From Scyliorhinus canicula (taxonomy: Eukaryota): a DNA stretch of 64,000 bases. The position numbers and the translations under genes are program-made. The stretch lies in assembly GCF_902713615.1 (NCBI RefSeq), contig NW_024055461.1:4102940-4166939 (forward strand). Reading direction: 5' to 3'. This document shows positions 11,987 through 22,745 of the stretch, one piece after another (within the stretch, counting starts at the first letter, position 1; each line of letters begins with the position of its first letter). The notes below the pieces were generated by a model. It was not told the origin of the DNA and did no database searches. It saw only the letters and a list, made by a program, of their open reading frames with translations.

Positions 11987-12436
11987 ATGTTCTCCTCATA
12001 TTGCTTTATGGTGGTTTTGATTCTGCTGCCCAGTAAGTAAATGTTTAACATAATATTCAATATCACACACACACACGTTCCACATGTTATGTTCACTCCC
12101 AGACGTTTGAAACATTATTTGTCTTGTTACAGGAACAAATGGCGAAGATGCAGTGTTCCAGGATCGATCTGAATTAAAGGTTCTGGAAGGACAGAATGTA
12201 ACACTGGATTGTAGATACTCGATAGCTGCTCTTCGAACTCTGTTCTGGTACATCCAGTATCCCAGGAAAGCGCCAAAATATTTAATGGCAATATATAGCT
12301 CTGGGGATGTAAATAATTCTCCAAGTTTTCCAGCCAGATTTTTGGCGATTTTGCAGAAAGAAAACACAACGATTCCTTTAACTATCACCGGGGCTCTTCT
12401 CTCCGACTGTGCTGTGTATTTCTGTGCCATGGAGCC
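11987..12436 (+). CDS. TCR alpha/delta-like V segment, open frame (leader 11987-12032, V exon 12133-12436)
   Basis: MFSSYCFMVVLILLP|gtaagt...ttacag|RTNGEDAVFQ...VTLDCRY...LFWYIQYPRKAPKYL...LTITGALLSDCAVYFCAMEP, followed by an RSS. Confidence 0.93.
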
Positions 12437-12476
12437 CACACTGCTGCAGAGATATGGCAGATCACGTACAAAAACC
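12437..12476 (+). other. RSS with 24-bp spacer
   Basis: CACACTG - 24 bp - ACAAAAACC (12468-12476). Confidence 0.9.
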
Positions 12477-12501
12477 CCACACTGAGAGTTCCAGTTAGTG
12501 G

Positions 12502-12515
12502 CCACCAGAGGGCGT
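12502..12515 (+). promoter_or_regulatory. CTCF-binding element immediately downstream of RSS
   Basis: TGGCCACCAGAGGGCGTTC (12499-12517) closely matches the vertebrate CTCF consensus TGGCCACCAGGGGGCGCTA. Confidence 0.8.
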
Positions 12516-14295
12516 TCTCTCGCCGATAAACATTCGACCTCCACAGGGTAAGTCAACGAGAATTTTCATAATTTCAAACCAAGATAGGCCACCCAACAAA
12601 ACCAGGCAAAGGCCACCTTAATTGAAGCAGTTGTTTTCAGCTCACAGCTATAATAGAAATGAGAGTTACAAATTAATTTCTGGTGTCAACTCAATTTTAT
12701 CTTTTGATGTTATTTCTGTGTCTGTCTGAATTATTGTGGACCTTTTTCCTCATCTCCCCATTAATGTACCGATGGCTTTGATCACGGCCCTGCACAGAGT
12801 CTATATGAACAGCGTGTTTTAGTTGTCTGGATTTTATTTCGTGGAAAGATTGAATTTCACAAGTTAGGAACATCGAGTGTTCGCCACATGCATCACTTTC
12901 CCTCATTTTCACGGCCTTTAGGAGTATCTTTTTAAACCTATAATATTTTCCACCAGCTTTCATAGCCCGGAGTTTCTGTCTGGTGTCTAAAGAAAGTTTT
13001 TTTTCTCACCCATCTCCTCCGACAGAACCAGCCCCCAAGATGTACCCGGCACTATAGACGGGCCCGAGCTCGGTATGTTTCTGTTCACTCGCAGTCACTT
13101 CACCATTCATCCGTTTCACAACCGCACTGCGAGCAAATGGCAGTCGGATGATATAATCCTAAAACTTTTCAGCAGATTAGTGATGATGGGATCAGAACCA
13201 GTGTTCAAATATTCAACCTTTCTTTTAAAGAGCGGATACCGAGCAAAATGTTACTTAGCATCAGGATATTGCAGGGACATTTTTGAGATGTAATGATGGA
13301 ATAAACACCTGGGACATTGAATCCATTTCCGTAATTGCTGAAACAAAGGTCAAGATGTGTCAGACGTTAGAGTAAATGTAAACAATGGAACATAGAAACG
13401 ACTTGACAATCCATTCACTGGGCAGTACGACCATGATTATCGGGAAAGGACAGAGGAGAAACCTGGTGGATGGTTTAAATTTCAGCTGACAAAACAGAAT
13501 GTTTTAAACATTCTGAATGTTATAGACTGACATTAAACAGTGACCAGAAAACGAGGAATGCTTCGCTTATTATGAATCTGAGCTCCTGCTCCTCAGGAAG
13601 ACGATTGGCTGCTCACTCAGAAATGGGGCGAACCACCAACCAATCAATGACGGTTGCAACCTATTACTGCATCAACACTCAAAGCTCTTTCCGTGCTTTT
13701 CGGCTCGAGATTGTCCCTCTATCTATGCACTTACACAAGACACACACACCAGACACACTCATACAGACACTCAAGCAGAGGCTCACACTTACATTTCAAT
13801 ATATGTGTGCACTACCTCGTGTGGCTAAACCTGTTGTGGTATCTTTCTCATTTTTGACCTTCTGCTTAGAGTTTTGCGATCAATCTCTCATTATCTCCCT
13901 CTTCTCTCCACCCATGTCCTTGTCTCTCTCAGTATCACTTTCTATCTTGCTCACTCTTTTCCTCTCTCTCATGCGAACTTTGACGAGGTGAAACTGAAGC
14001 AATTCCTGGGTTTGATGTAGCCCATTAATAATTCCAACCGTAATAACGTGAGAAACATGACGCATACTATCGGAATTATCAAAAGTACACATAACGCCTT
14101 GTTGAATTGGAAGTAATCGACATACATTGAAAGTTGCTTGCGGTAAAAATTCTTTCACAAATTATCTACTAGCACCCTCTTGCGTCACGGTTTGGAAACA
14201 TAAGCATAACTACAGACGCCTGGAAACAGAAGTAGAGACACTCATATGAACATTTCTAAACGCACACGCAGATATTGAAGCTGGTCAACAACAAC

Positions 14296-14449
14296 TTATT
14301 GTCACAAGTAGGCTTCAATGAAGTTACTGTGAAAAACGCCTAGTCGCCACATTCTGGCGCCTGTTCGGGGAGGCCGGTACGGGAACCCTCGCTGCTGGCA
14401 TCCTTCTGCATTACACGCCAGCTGCTTAGCCCACTGTGATAAATCAGCC
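14296..14449 (-). mobile_element. Short tRNA-derived SINE (second family)
   Basis: Homologous to 63472-63635 and 52750-52921 (ttgtcacaagtaggcttcaatgaagttactgtgaaaa). Confidence 0.8.
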
Positions 14450-15422
14450 CCTGTAACGTCTAACGGAAGGCAATAAAGCACACATGCATGCACGCACATA
14501 CAGCACACACACATGCACACATACAGACACATACTCAACCAGACATATACACTCTCACACACAAACATAAACACATGCACACTCACTCACACACACAGAC
14601 ATCCAATCACAAAACAAACATTGGTAGACAGACCATTATTGTAATCGAGTGGTAGCTTTCGATATGCATTTCATTGTAAATGACGCAGTTTTTAATAAAG
14701 CGTGACTGAACGCAGGTCATTCTTTAACTGGATCCAGCAGTTTATCAGAAAGATTGGCAAATGGTCCAAAGCATTCGGATAATTCCTCGGGATGACACGA
14801 GAAACTGAATTCAGGGTCTGTCCTTTCTCACTTCCCGTCACGGACACTTTTTCAAGGTGAATATTTTCAACTGTTCCTCATTGGAAGAAAAAATACTGAG
14901 GTTGCCTTTGATCTCCAAGAAAACTGATTTTCAAGCGAGTTCCCGTTTCTGAAGGGCAGGCAGGAAATTAGACCGGCCGTAAGTGATCAACTGTGATCTT
15001 ACTGAAAGTTCGAAGGGTCAACTGATCTACGGTCGATGCTACTTCTTATGTAGTTAGTTTCATATGATGCATAGAGAACCAAGAGATCTTTGGAAAATAT
15101 CAAGGCCTCAGGTTTCTTAGGTGGAATATCGACTTCATTGTTTTTTAAAAGACAATTCTCTTTTGGAGGTCAGTCTATCAAGTGGAAGGAGTGTTGAGAA
15201 AAAGCCCATGTTGTTGTGGTGCTGATACCGGAGTTTCTGAGGAGAAGCGCTTCTCATTGGTCAAACTAACTGCGTACAGCCTAAACAGAGGGGATAATAG
15301 GCAGGCAGTGGCCCCGTGAGGTAACTGAACAGGCAATTGTGCTAAATTACAAAAGTAGAAATGAAATAGAGAGTGCCCCACGGGTTTGAGAAAAATGGGA
15401 TTGTTGGACAAACAAGTAGAAC

Positions 15423-15765
15423 GGGGCAGTAGGGTAGCATGGTGGTTAGCATAAATGCTTTACAGCTCCAGGGTCCAGGTTCGATTCCCGGCTGGGTCAC
15501 TGTCTGTGTGGAGTCTGCACGTCCTCCCCCTGTGTGCGTGGGTTTCCTCCGGGTGCTCTGGTTTCCTCCCACAGTCCAAAGATGTGCGGGTTAGGTGGAT
15601 TGGCTATGCTAAATTGCCCGTAGTGTCCTAATAAAAGTAAGGTTAAGGGGGGGGGGGGGGGTTGTTGGGTTACGGGTATAGGGTGGATACGTGGGTTTGA
15701 GTAGGGTGATCATGGCTCGGCACAACATGAAGGGCCTGTTCTGTGCTGTACTGTTCTATGTTCTA
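15423..15765 (+). mobile_element. HE1/V-SINE-like SINE
   Basis: V-SINE core and TTCTATG tail. Confidence 0.9.
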
Positions 15766-16871
15766 GAATCGGTGATATTTGGAAGCAAAGATCAGTCATA
15801 GGAGAATGGAGTTTTAAGGTGAGGGAAATGTTTTCTGAGAAGTCAGATCTTGTTGAGGAGCGGGACCAGGAAGATCCTGAATTAGTCCCTCTTCAGTGGA
15901 GGAAGTGATCAGCTGGAGTAGAAATACAGATCCCCAGACCACTGCATGTTGGTCTAATGGACCATGTGCAGCAATGTCACCATCAGCACAATTGTTTCAG
16001 AATGAGAGCAGCAAACAGAAGCTGCTCCCCGGGACACCACAGACTCTAAACTAGTCAGAATGTGCGGCTGCAATCAGGTGCAGGCTCGACTGGCGGAGCG
16101 GAAATAGCAACGGTTGAATCTCGAGGTGCCTGTAGCCATCTTGCACCTGCTAGCAGCTCAAGAGAGTGAGAATGATTAATAGGGGACGGGCATGAATCGC
16201 CCAGAATTACAGAAAATTAGGGAACGGAATGAGCATTCGGCTTACCGTGCACGTGCCGAATTGACAATGCTGTCCCAATCGTCTTTTGCACCCCACATTT
16301 TCCATACTGCTTTCCCGTTTAAGATTATTTGCCATTGAATCTTTCACTTTCATCATTTTAGGCGTCATGTTCTAGATGTTTACACATCGGAATGTTATGA
16401 ATAAATGCATCATTCTCTGTCCTATTTTTTCATGAAATCTGGATGTTTTATTATTGAATCTGCTCCGAATGGGAACAATAACAGACGATCTATGCTACTA
16501 AAAGGCATATTTTTCAGCAAAACGACCCAGTCTTCCTTCTACCTCCTTTGTTACAGCAAATTAAGCCAAAATTCTCTGATCTTGTCCATAAACGGACCTC
16601 TTCCCTGGTAATCTTTAAATATATAACATCCGCACATTCTCCAAAGTCCGAACACCACTTCACATTTCAAGTGCACAGGATTTGAAAAGAAATGGCCAGC
16701 AAAGATTTCATCGATTTAGTATCCCTGTCTGACATAAACATCAAACTAATACAAACTGTTTCCTAGCAGACTCAGTTTAGAATTCTGCGAAACATTCGTG
16801 ACTCCTTGCGTATTTCAATACATAGCGAATCGATTCAGAGTCTGCATTCAAACCAGAATGATACTACTCCG

Positions 16872-16885
16872 GCACCAGAGGGCGC
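16872..16885 (+). promoter_or_regulatory. CTCF-like motif in V promoter
   Basis: GCACCAGAGGGCGC, ~200 bp upstream of the ATG at 17088. Confidence 0.65.
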
Positions 16886-16933
16886 CACCGTCAAACATGG
16901 GGATGATGAAGTTCCGTGACGGCATCGTCACAA

Positions 16934-16963
16934 CCAATCGGCGTCGTGGTCTGAGTGATGTCA
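16934..16963 (+). promoter_or_regulatory. CCAAT box plus TCR-V decamer/CRE
   Basis: CCAAT at 16934-16938; AGTGATGTCA at 16954-16963 fits the TCR V promoter decamer AGTGAYRTCA. Confidence 0.65.
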
Positions 16964-17087
16964 CAATGGGCCTGACCCCCAGCAGTGTGTGGGTGGAACA
17001 ATGAGCTGAACAGAGCCCGGGTTCCCTCTCTGCTTCTCAATCTCTGGCTCATTACAGTCCCATTCACTGAGAGAGATTCAGTCAGAC

Positions 17088-17601
17088 ATGTTTCTGTTGA
17101 TACTGGCGGCGCTGTTGGACTGTAAGTAATGGATACTGTTCATTAAACCAGATTAGCAGGAGATGGATTGTAATAATATTTAATAATTAACGATCAGAAA
17201 TATTCACATGAAGAGTAGAGTTGAGTTTCCAAAAACTCACACATATACAAACACATTTAGATGAATTAGCTTTAAATCATTGCTGTTTCATTTCTCTTCC
17301 CTTTACAGGCGGGCTCAGTGCAGATCCAGTAACTCAATCACCGGTGCCAAAAACCGTGTTGGAAGGAGGTTCAGTGCGGCTGGATTGTGAATACACAGAC
17401 TCTGGTATGGATTCCATGCAATGGTATCATAAGAAAGCGGCACAGCCACCAATCTGGATTATTAGCAAATATGTAGCTCAGAAGGAAGATGAAGTTTCAG
17501 GACGATATCTGGCGGCTGCTGACAAGTCGAAACAGAACGGTTACCTCAATATAAGCGCTCTCAGTGTGGATGACGGGGCGGTCTACTACTGTGCAATGAG
17601 G
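17088..17601 (+). CDS. TCR alpha/delta-like V segment, intact (leader 17088-17121, V exon 17309-17601)
   Basis: MFLLILAALLD|gtaagt...ttacag|CGLSADPVTQSP...VRLDCEY...MQWYHKK...YLNISALSVDDGAVYYCAMR, with canonical RSS. Confidence 0.93.
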
Positions 17602-17640
17602 CACAGCGTTAGAGAGCAGCTGGTGCCCCGTACAAAAACC
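17602..17640 (+). other. 23-RSS
   Basis: CACAGCG - 23 bp - ACAAAAACC. Confidence 0.92.
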
Positions 17641-17709
17641 TCAGCGAGTATTTACAGCTCCACTAAATCTGCTTTCCTGCCCCTGTCTGCGGGAATTGTT
17701 TGATCCTGG

Positions 17710-18103
17710 ATTCACGAACACAGTCAGGTCTATTTATTATTTATCTATTTATAATTTGGTGTCTCTGCTCTTCTGCAGATGAACAGAGGAGCAATTTGGG
17801 AAATCACGCGACTCATTTCCATGTCGCGATGTACACGTTAAAGTAAAACTTGGAAAGCCAGCGTATCAGCAGAGGTAATAACAGTTCTCAGATGTGGAGG
17901 TAATGTAGCCGGAAATTGTAGTTTGTTCTTCTAGACCCGTCAGCTCAGATGAGCCCTAGGCCGTTGAGTCTGTCCCGTACGTTCCTGTAACAAAACAGAG
18001 AATGTGTCAAACTCTGCTGTTGTATTTAACACGCGGAATTCACAATAAGAATTTCAACAAGGACTCACGGAGCAATACAATTATTATTATCATGCAGGAT
18101 CAT
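17710..18103 (-). pseudogene. V pseudogene, tail-to-tail with the V at 17.1 kb
   Basis: Shortened leader 18069-18103 (|gtgagt). Exon from 17984 GTYGTDSTA*GSSELTGLEEQT...YLC*Y...ESRDFPN resembles the 25.2-kb V family. RSS lost. Confidence 0.7.
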
Positions 18104-18508
18104 GGTGTCTGCTTGAGGCTTCAGTAGAAAATCGATTTTCCGAACGAAACCGCATCCCTTACCTGCTGCTAGGGAGTCACTCAGATACGGGACTTATTTC
18201 GGAAGGGTGCGGCTCACGGTGAGGCCTATAGAACTGCCGGCGGTCGGGTGACTCCACAAGCCATGAACGCCCGTTATGATCGTCAGCTGGGTAATCTTGT
18301 CTTTTTAATATTTGACATACCCAGGATTTAGTCAGAAGATTCCAGCGGTGATTTCCGCAGATTCAGCACACGTTTCTGGCATAAACATCAATAGTAACAA
18401 AGGCAGTGTCTAAACAGCTCCAGTTCAGATTGCTGGGTGGCATTCGAGCCTTGGTGTATTTTGCAGTAAACCCTGAACCCACGGTAAAACTCGATTTAAC
18501 AGAATTTG

Positions 18509-18522
18509 CCAGCAGAGGGCGC
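18509..18522 (+). promoter_or_regulatory. CTCF-like motif upstream of pseudogene promoter
   Basis: CCAGCAGAGGGCGC; paralogous position to 16872. Confidence 0.7.
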
Positions 18523-18569
18523 CGAATGCAAGCACGGGCGTTACAAACCACGTGATGTTTTCTCTAAAG

Positions 18570-18856
18570 CCTGTATGGCTGGGAGACCAGTGAGGACCAG
18601 TAGCAGTGGAACACCTCCTCCCTCGCAATGAGCGGAGCAGAGCCCGGACTCCCTCTCTCCTGTATGGCTGGGAGACCAGTGAGGTCACAATAGACACCCC
18701 TGAACTCTAACCCCTCCCCCTCGCAATGAGCGGAACATAGCCCGGACTCCCTCTCTCCTGTATGGTTGGGAGACCAGTGACGTCACAAGAGACACCCCTG
18801 CACCCTAACCCCTCCCCCTCGCAATGAGCGGAACAGAGCTCGGGCTCCCTCTCTCC
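18570..18856 (+). repeat. Triplicated ~89-98-bp V promoter unit
   Basis: Three copies of ctgtatggctgggagaccagtgaNGtc...ctcgcaatgagcggaacagagcccggactccctctctc; decamer positions 18589, 18678 and 18776. Confidence 0.9.
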
Positions 18857-18887
18857 ATCACAATCTCTGAGAGAGATTCAGTCTGAC

Positions 18888-19362
18888 ATGTTTCTGATAA
18901 TACTGACGGCCCTGTGGCACGATAAGTACTGGATAATAAACATCGAGGCAGAATAGCATATTAATACACATCGATGGCAATAGAATTACGATCGAAAATA
19001 TCTATATGAAGCGCAGTTGGGAGGTTTCACAAACTCTCTCAGATACAGGCAAATTCACTTCAAGTTTGATATTTAATCAATCTACCTTCACAGCGGACTG
19101 TGCGCAGATATAGTAACTCGGTTACCGATGGCAGAACCGCATCAGAAGGGGATTCGGTGCAGTTGAATTGTGACTATACAGACAAGAATATGTAAGACAT
19201 GCTGTGGTATCAGCAGAAACCGGCACAGCCGGTTGGAGCACTCTAGCATTGAAGAAATATGCAGGTTCAAGACGATATATGGCGGTTGCTGACGAATCCA
19301 AACAGAACGGTTACCTCAATATCAGCGCCCTCAGTGTGGGGGACTATTACTGTGCAGTGAGG
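18888..19362 (+). pseudogene. V pseudogene, paralog of the V at 17.1 kb
   Basis: Leader MFLIILTALWH with donor GT>AT; 1-nt frameshift in FR1, stops TAA and TAG, and an FR3 deletion; ends YYCAVR. Confidence 0.92.
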
Positions 19363-19401
19363 CACAGAGTGAGATAGCAGCTTGAGCACCGGACAAAAAC
19401 C
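19363..19401 (+). other. 23-RSS of pseudogene
   Basis: CACAGAG - 23 bp - ACAAAAACC. Confidence 0.88.
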
Positions 19402-19459
19402 GAAGCGAGTCTGTACAGCTCCATTGTTTCCTACTGCACCAAGAATTTGATATCCGATT

Positions 19460-19956
19460 TTTGAACGCTGTCAGTTGCATTTACCAGACAGTTTTTTTTT
19501 TGGTGCTTCCACCCTTGTGCCGATCAACACCGGGCAATTTGGAGAATGTTGAGGCCTATCATGCTGCGATATTTACAGTAATTTGAATCCCGGAATATCC
19601 ACCAAGCAGCAGAGGGAAGACCTCAGATGTGGAGTTAGTACTGTATAGCCGAAAGTACGGACTGTTCTTCCAGAAGCCTTAACTCAGCTGCGCCCAGGAA
19701 CACCGACTCCTCGGCACCCGATGAGAAATTAAATGCAGAATGGACTAGGGGGAGGCGGTGGCAAAGTGGCATTGTCATTTGACTAGCAATCCAATGACCC
19801 AGAGTAATGCTCTGGTGTTGACTCTTAACTGCCCCCTCTAGAGCGATGAACCTAAAAAAAACAATTCTTGCAACATTTAACACATGAAATGTACAATAGC
19901 AGAGATTCACCTCACAACACGGCCAGCATCATCAGTCCGTGACATGGGGAACACGT
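19460..19956 (-). pseudogene. V pseudogene, paralog of 17710-18103
   Basis: Leader 19911-19956 ACG TGT TCC CCA TGT...TTG TGA G|gtgaat (start and stop lesions; aligns to the 25.6-kb leader). Exon GAEESVFLGAAELRLLEEQSV; short repeat fragment in the intron. Confidence 0.65.
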
Positions 19957-21271
19957 GATGCCGGGTTTAGGCTTAAATAAAAATCGGAGTGTCGAACGAT
20001 AATGTAAATAAAAGCAAATTATTGCTGGAATCTGAAAACTAGTCAATCTCAGCAAATCTGGTAGCATCTGTGGAGAGAGAAGGTAGCTTCTCTCCGGGTG
20101 CCGGGTTCTTTCGAATCCGGGTGACTCTTTATCAAAGCTGAGGATTCGGATGTTGAGTTGATTAAGGGGTTACCGAAATACGAACCAAGCCACAAATGCA
20201 GAAATCTAAATTGCAGCTGTTTAGACACTATCTTCTTTATTGTTAATGTTTATGTCAGAAATTGATGAGGGCCATGGATAGGGTAGATAGGAAGGGACAT
20301 TTCCACTTATTAGATGGGTCAATAACCAAGGGCATAGATTTAAGTTAAGGGACAGGGTTTATAGGATATTTGAGGAAACAATTTTTACCGGAGGGTGATG
20401 GGAATCTGGAACTCGCTGCCTGAAAGTGCGGTAGAGGCAGGAACCCTCACAACATTTAAGAAGCATTTATATGAGCACTTCAAACGACATAGAATATACG
20501 GCTATGGGCCAACTGCTAGAATATTTGATTTGAATAGAAAGGTGATTTAGGCCAGCGCATGCACGTTGGGCGAATGGCCTCTTTGCGAGCTGGAACAATA
20601 TATGGCTCTATAACTCTAAGTTGACGAGTAAAGAGATCTAGCGATGAAATTCCAGATGTTTGTGTCCAGGCAGCTGAAGGCACGGCCAGCGATGATGCAG
20701 TGATTAAACCCGGAGGTGAAGGCAGTGAGTTCCAGATTCCCACCACAGTCTGGGCGAAAATGTTTTTCCTCAAATGCCTCGAAATCACCAACTCCTTATT
20801 TTTAATCTATGCCCATCTGTTACAGAAACGTCTACTAAGGGGAAAGGTTTCTTCGTATCCACCCTATCTAGGCCCCTCATAATTTTGTATACTCTGGAAG
20901 AATAGTCATTGTTTCTTTAAGACTCTCCTTTTAATCAAACTATTTGACCAAGCTTTTGATCATATGACCGAACATGTCCTGTGAAACTCCTTGGGACATT
21001 GTATTGTGTGAAAAGCTTGACCTGAATGGAAGTTGTTGCATTTGTTGTTGTTCAGTGAGACCTGATAGTTTACTGAGTGAGCGAGTCTGTACAATTTACT
21101 GAGTAAGCGAGTCTGCACATCAAGATATGAACAAGAAGAAGGAGTTAAAGTATCGCAGATCGATTCATCAATGTTATATCGGTTATATATGCGAGTTGCA
21201 ATCGTAAACTGGTCTAACAGTGTAAGTGGGCCTCCCTTTTGATGCTTTTGAGTGTTGCGTTTTTTTTTTAC

Positions 21272-21563
21272 AATTTTTGTCACTCTCACTGTGGAAACTG
21301 AACTATCGATGAGGGCGCCTCCTCTGCTGAGCAGTAGCTGGAACTGCCAACGATGCTTTATACTTATTCTGGTACCGTCAGTACCCAGACAGACAACTCC
21401 AGTTTGTGGTCCGGAAGGACACGGACATCGGTGCTGAATTGAAGGCGGGTTTCGCACAGGACCGGTTTTCTGATACAGTCCAGCAGTCAGAGAAGTTCTA
21501 CCAATTGACCATCTCGGAGCTGCTGCTGTCTGACACTGCGGTCTATTACTGTGCACAGAGTCT
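21272..21563 (+). pseudogene. V pseudogene, no leader found
   Basis: Frameshifted FR1 with Cys23 codon changed to AGT, then open YLFWYRQYPDRQLQFVVRK...GFAQDRFS...YQLTISELLLSDTAVYYCAQS. Confidence 0.88.
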
Positions 21564-21602
21564 CACAGTAATGGGAACGAGGGAAAGTTTCAAACAAAAG
21601 CT
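21564..21602 (+). other. 23-RSS of pseudogene
   Basis: CACAGTA - 23 bp - ACAAAAGCT. Confidence 0.85.
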
Positions 21603-22706
21603 GCCGTAGGTTTCTGGGTCACAGCTGCTGTCTGTTGAGAGCTGTTTATAACAGCGACTGACACTGCCACTTGAATACATTCCTGTGAGCACAATCCACA
21701 TAAACACCATCTAAAATCGTTCACATCGAAGACAGAATCAGTCCAATTATTGCATTTACTGAGAGCGGAATGAGTTGATGCTGATACGGGGATATCTGAG
21801 AACTCGTCACAACCATTGAGAAAGTAAACTATGCAGGTGGCCGGGAACTATTTATATCCCTGACCGCTGTTCAGGAAATCTCTGGGGGACAAGTCATTTC
21901 TGATTTGAAATATCAGTCCACAGTGCAAACCAATGGCCACTGGGTGAGAAAATCTTAATAATTATAATGACCCGATTGAACATCTCTCAATGTTAATGTC
22001 ACTGACACATATTAAATCTAAGAATCCTTAATATTGCTGAATGTATTGTTGTTTCCCCTGACATTGCTGTTCTTACCATTGTCCTGATAAGCACAATACG
22101 AAACACGTCGACAATTAATTTCAGCGATGCTCAGGTGTGTGCTACCGAACAACCACTCCTTAATATAGAAAAAGTGCAGAGGTTATATTCCGGACATGAT
22201 TAGGAAGTGATGAAGAATGATTCATCAATAAATTATTCATTAGGACAGACCTGGTGTTCTAGACACCTGGACTCATGGTAACAAAACCATCTGACTACAT
22301 CAACCAAATGGAAATGAACAGCAGAGAGTTTTCCATCAGCATCAGAAGCGCTCCGGGAAATCTGAACACATCGGGCAAGGCTTTCTGCACAAACACATTC
22401 TTTGTACATTTGACCTGAGCACCCCTCGGCGTTACATACCCGCTACTGCATTTACCTGGTGTGTGAAAGACTGGTTCACAATGTCAATGCCAAATCAGCA
22501 TTTTTGTCACAATATCTTCAAGCTGGAAACCGAAATAAATACTGTAATTTTTTGGATGTAAAATAAGCAGAATAAACCATCCCTAGCGCGGCATCTGCTG
22601 CTCTCGGCTTGTGCATAATTTGTGTATAATTTCAATCAGAAATATCTGCTGATAAGTTCATAAAGTCTAGCTTTCCCCCGCTATTCTCTTTGTCACACTG
22701 CGGCAG

Positions 22707-22745
22707 TGCTTTTGTACGAGTCTCCCCCTGGTTGCTGTCGCTGTG
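22707..22745 (-). other. 23-RSS of pseudogene
   Basis: CACAGCG (22739-22745) - 23 bp - ACAAAAGCA (22707-22715). Confidence 0.85.

Noticed and set aside
12850-13200. Very decayed V on the minus strand
   Set aside because: Only vague similarity; no Cys, Trp, YxC or RSS.
13640-13690. VATYYC motif on the plus strand
   Set aside because: No upstream framework and no RSS after it.
14172-14185. CTCF-like ACGCAAGAGGGTGC (minus strand)
   Set aside because: Weak match and no supported V nearby.
19830-19845. CTCF-like GCTCTAGAGGGGGCA
   Set aside because: Spacing is off by one base, and it adjoins a repeat fragment.
21272-21563. NAR-TCR-supporting Vdelta (leaderless)
   Set aside because: No CDR1 cysteine, no upstream NAR-V/D/J cassette, and FR1 is frameshifted.
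22040-22400. Plus-strand V remnant (EFSISIRSA...FC)
   Set aside because: Too decayed to support without an HMM search; no RSS.
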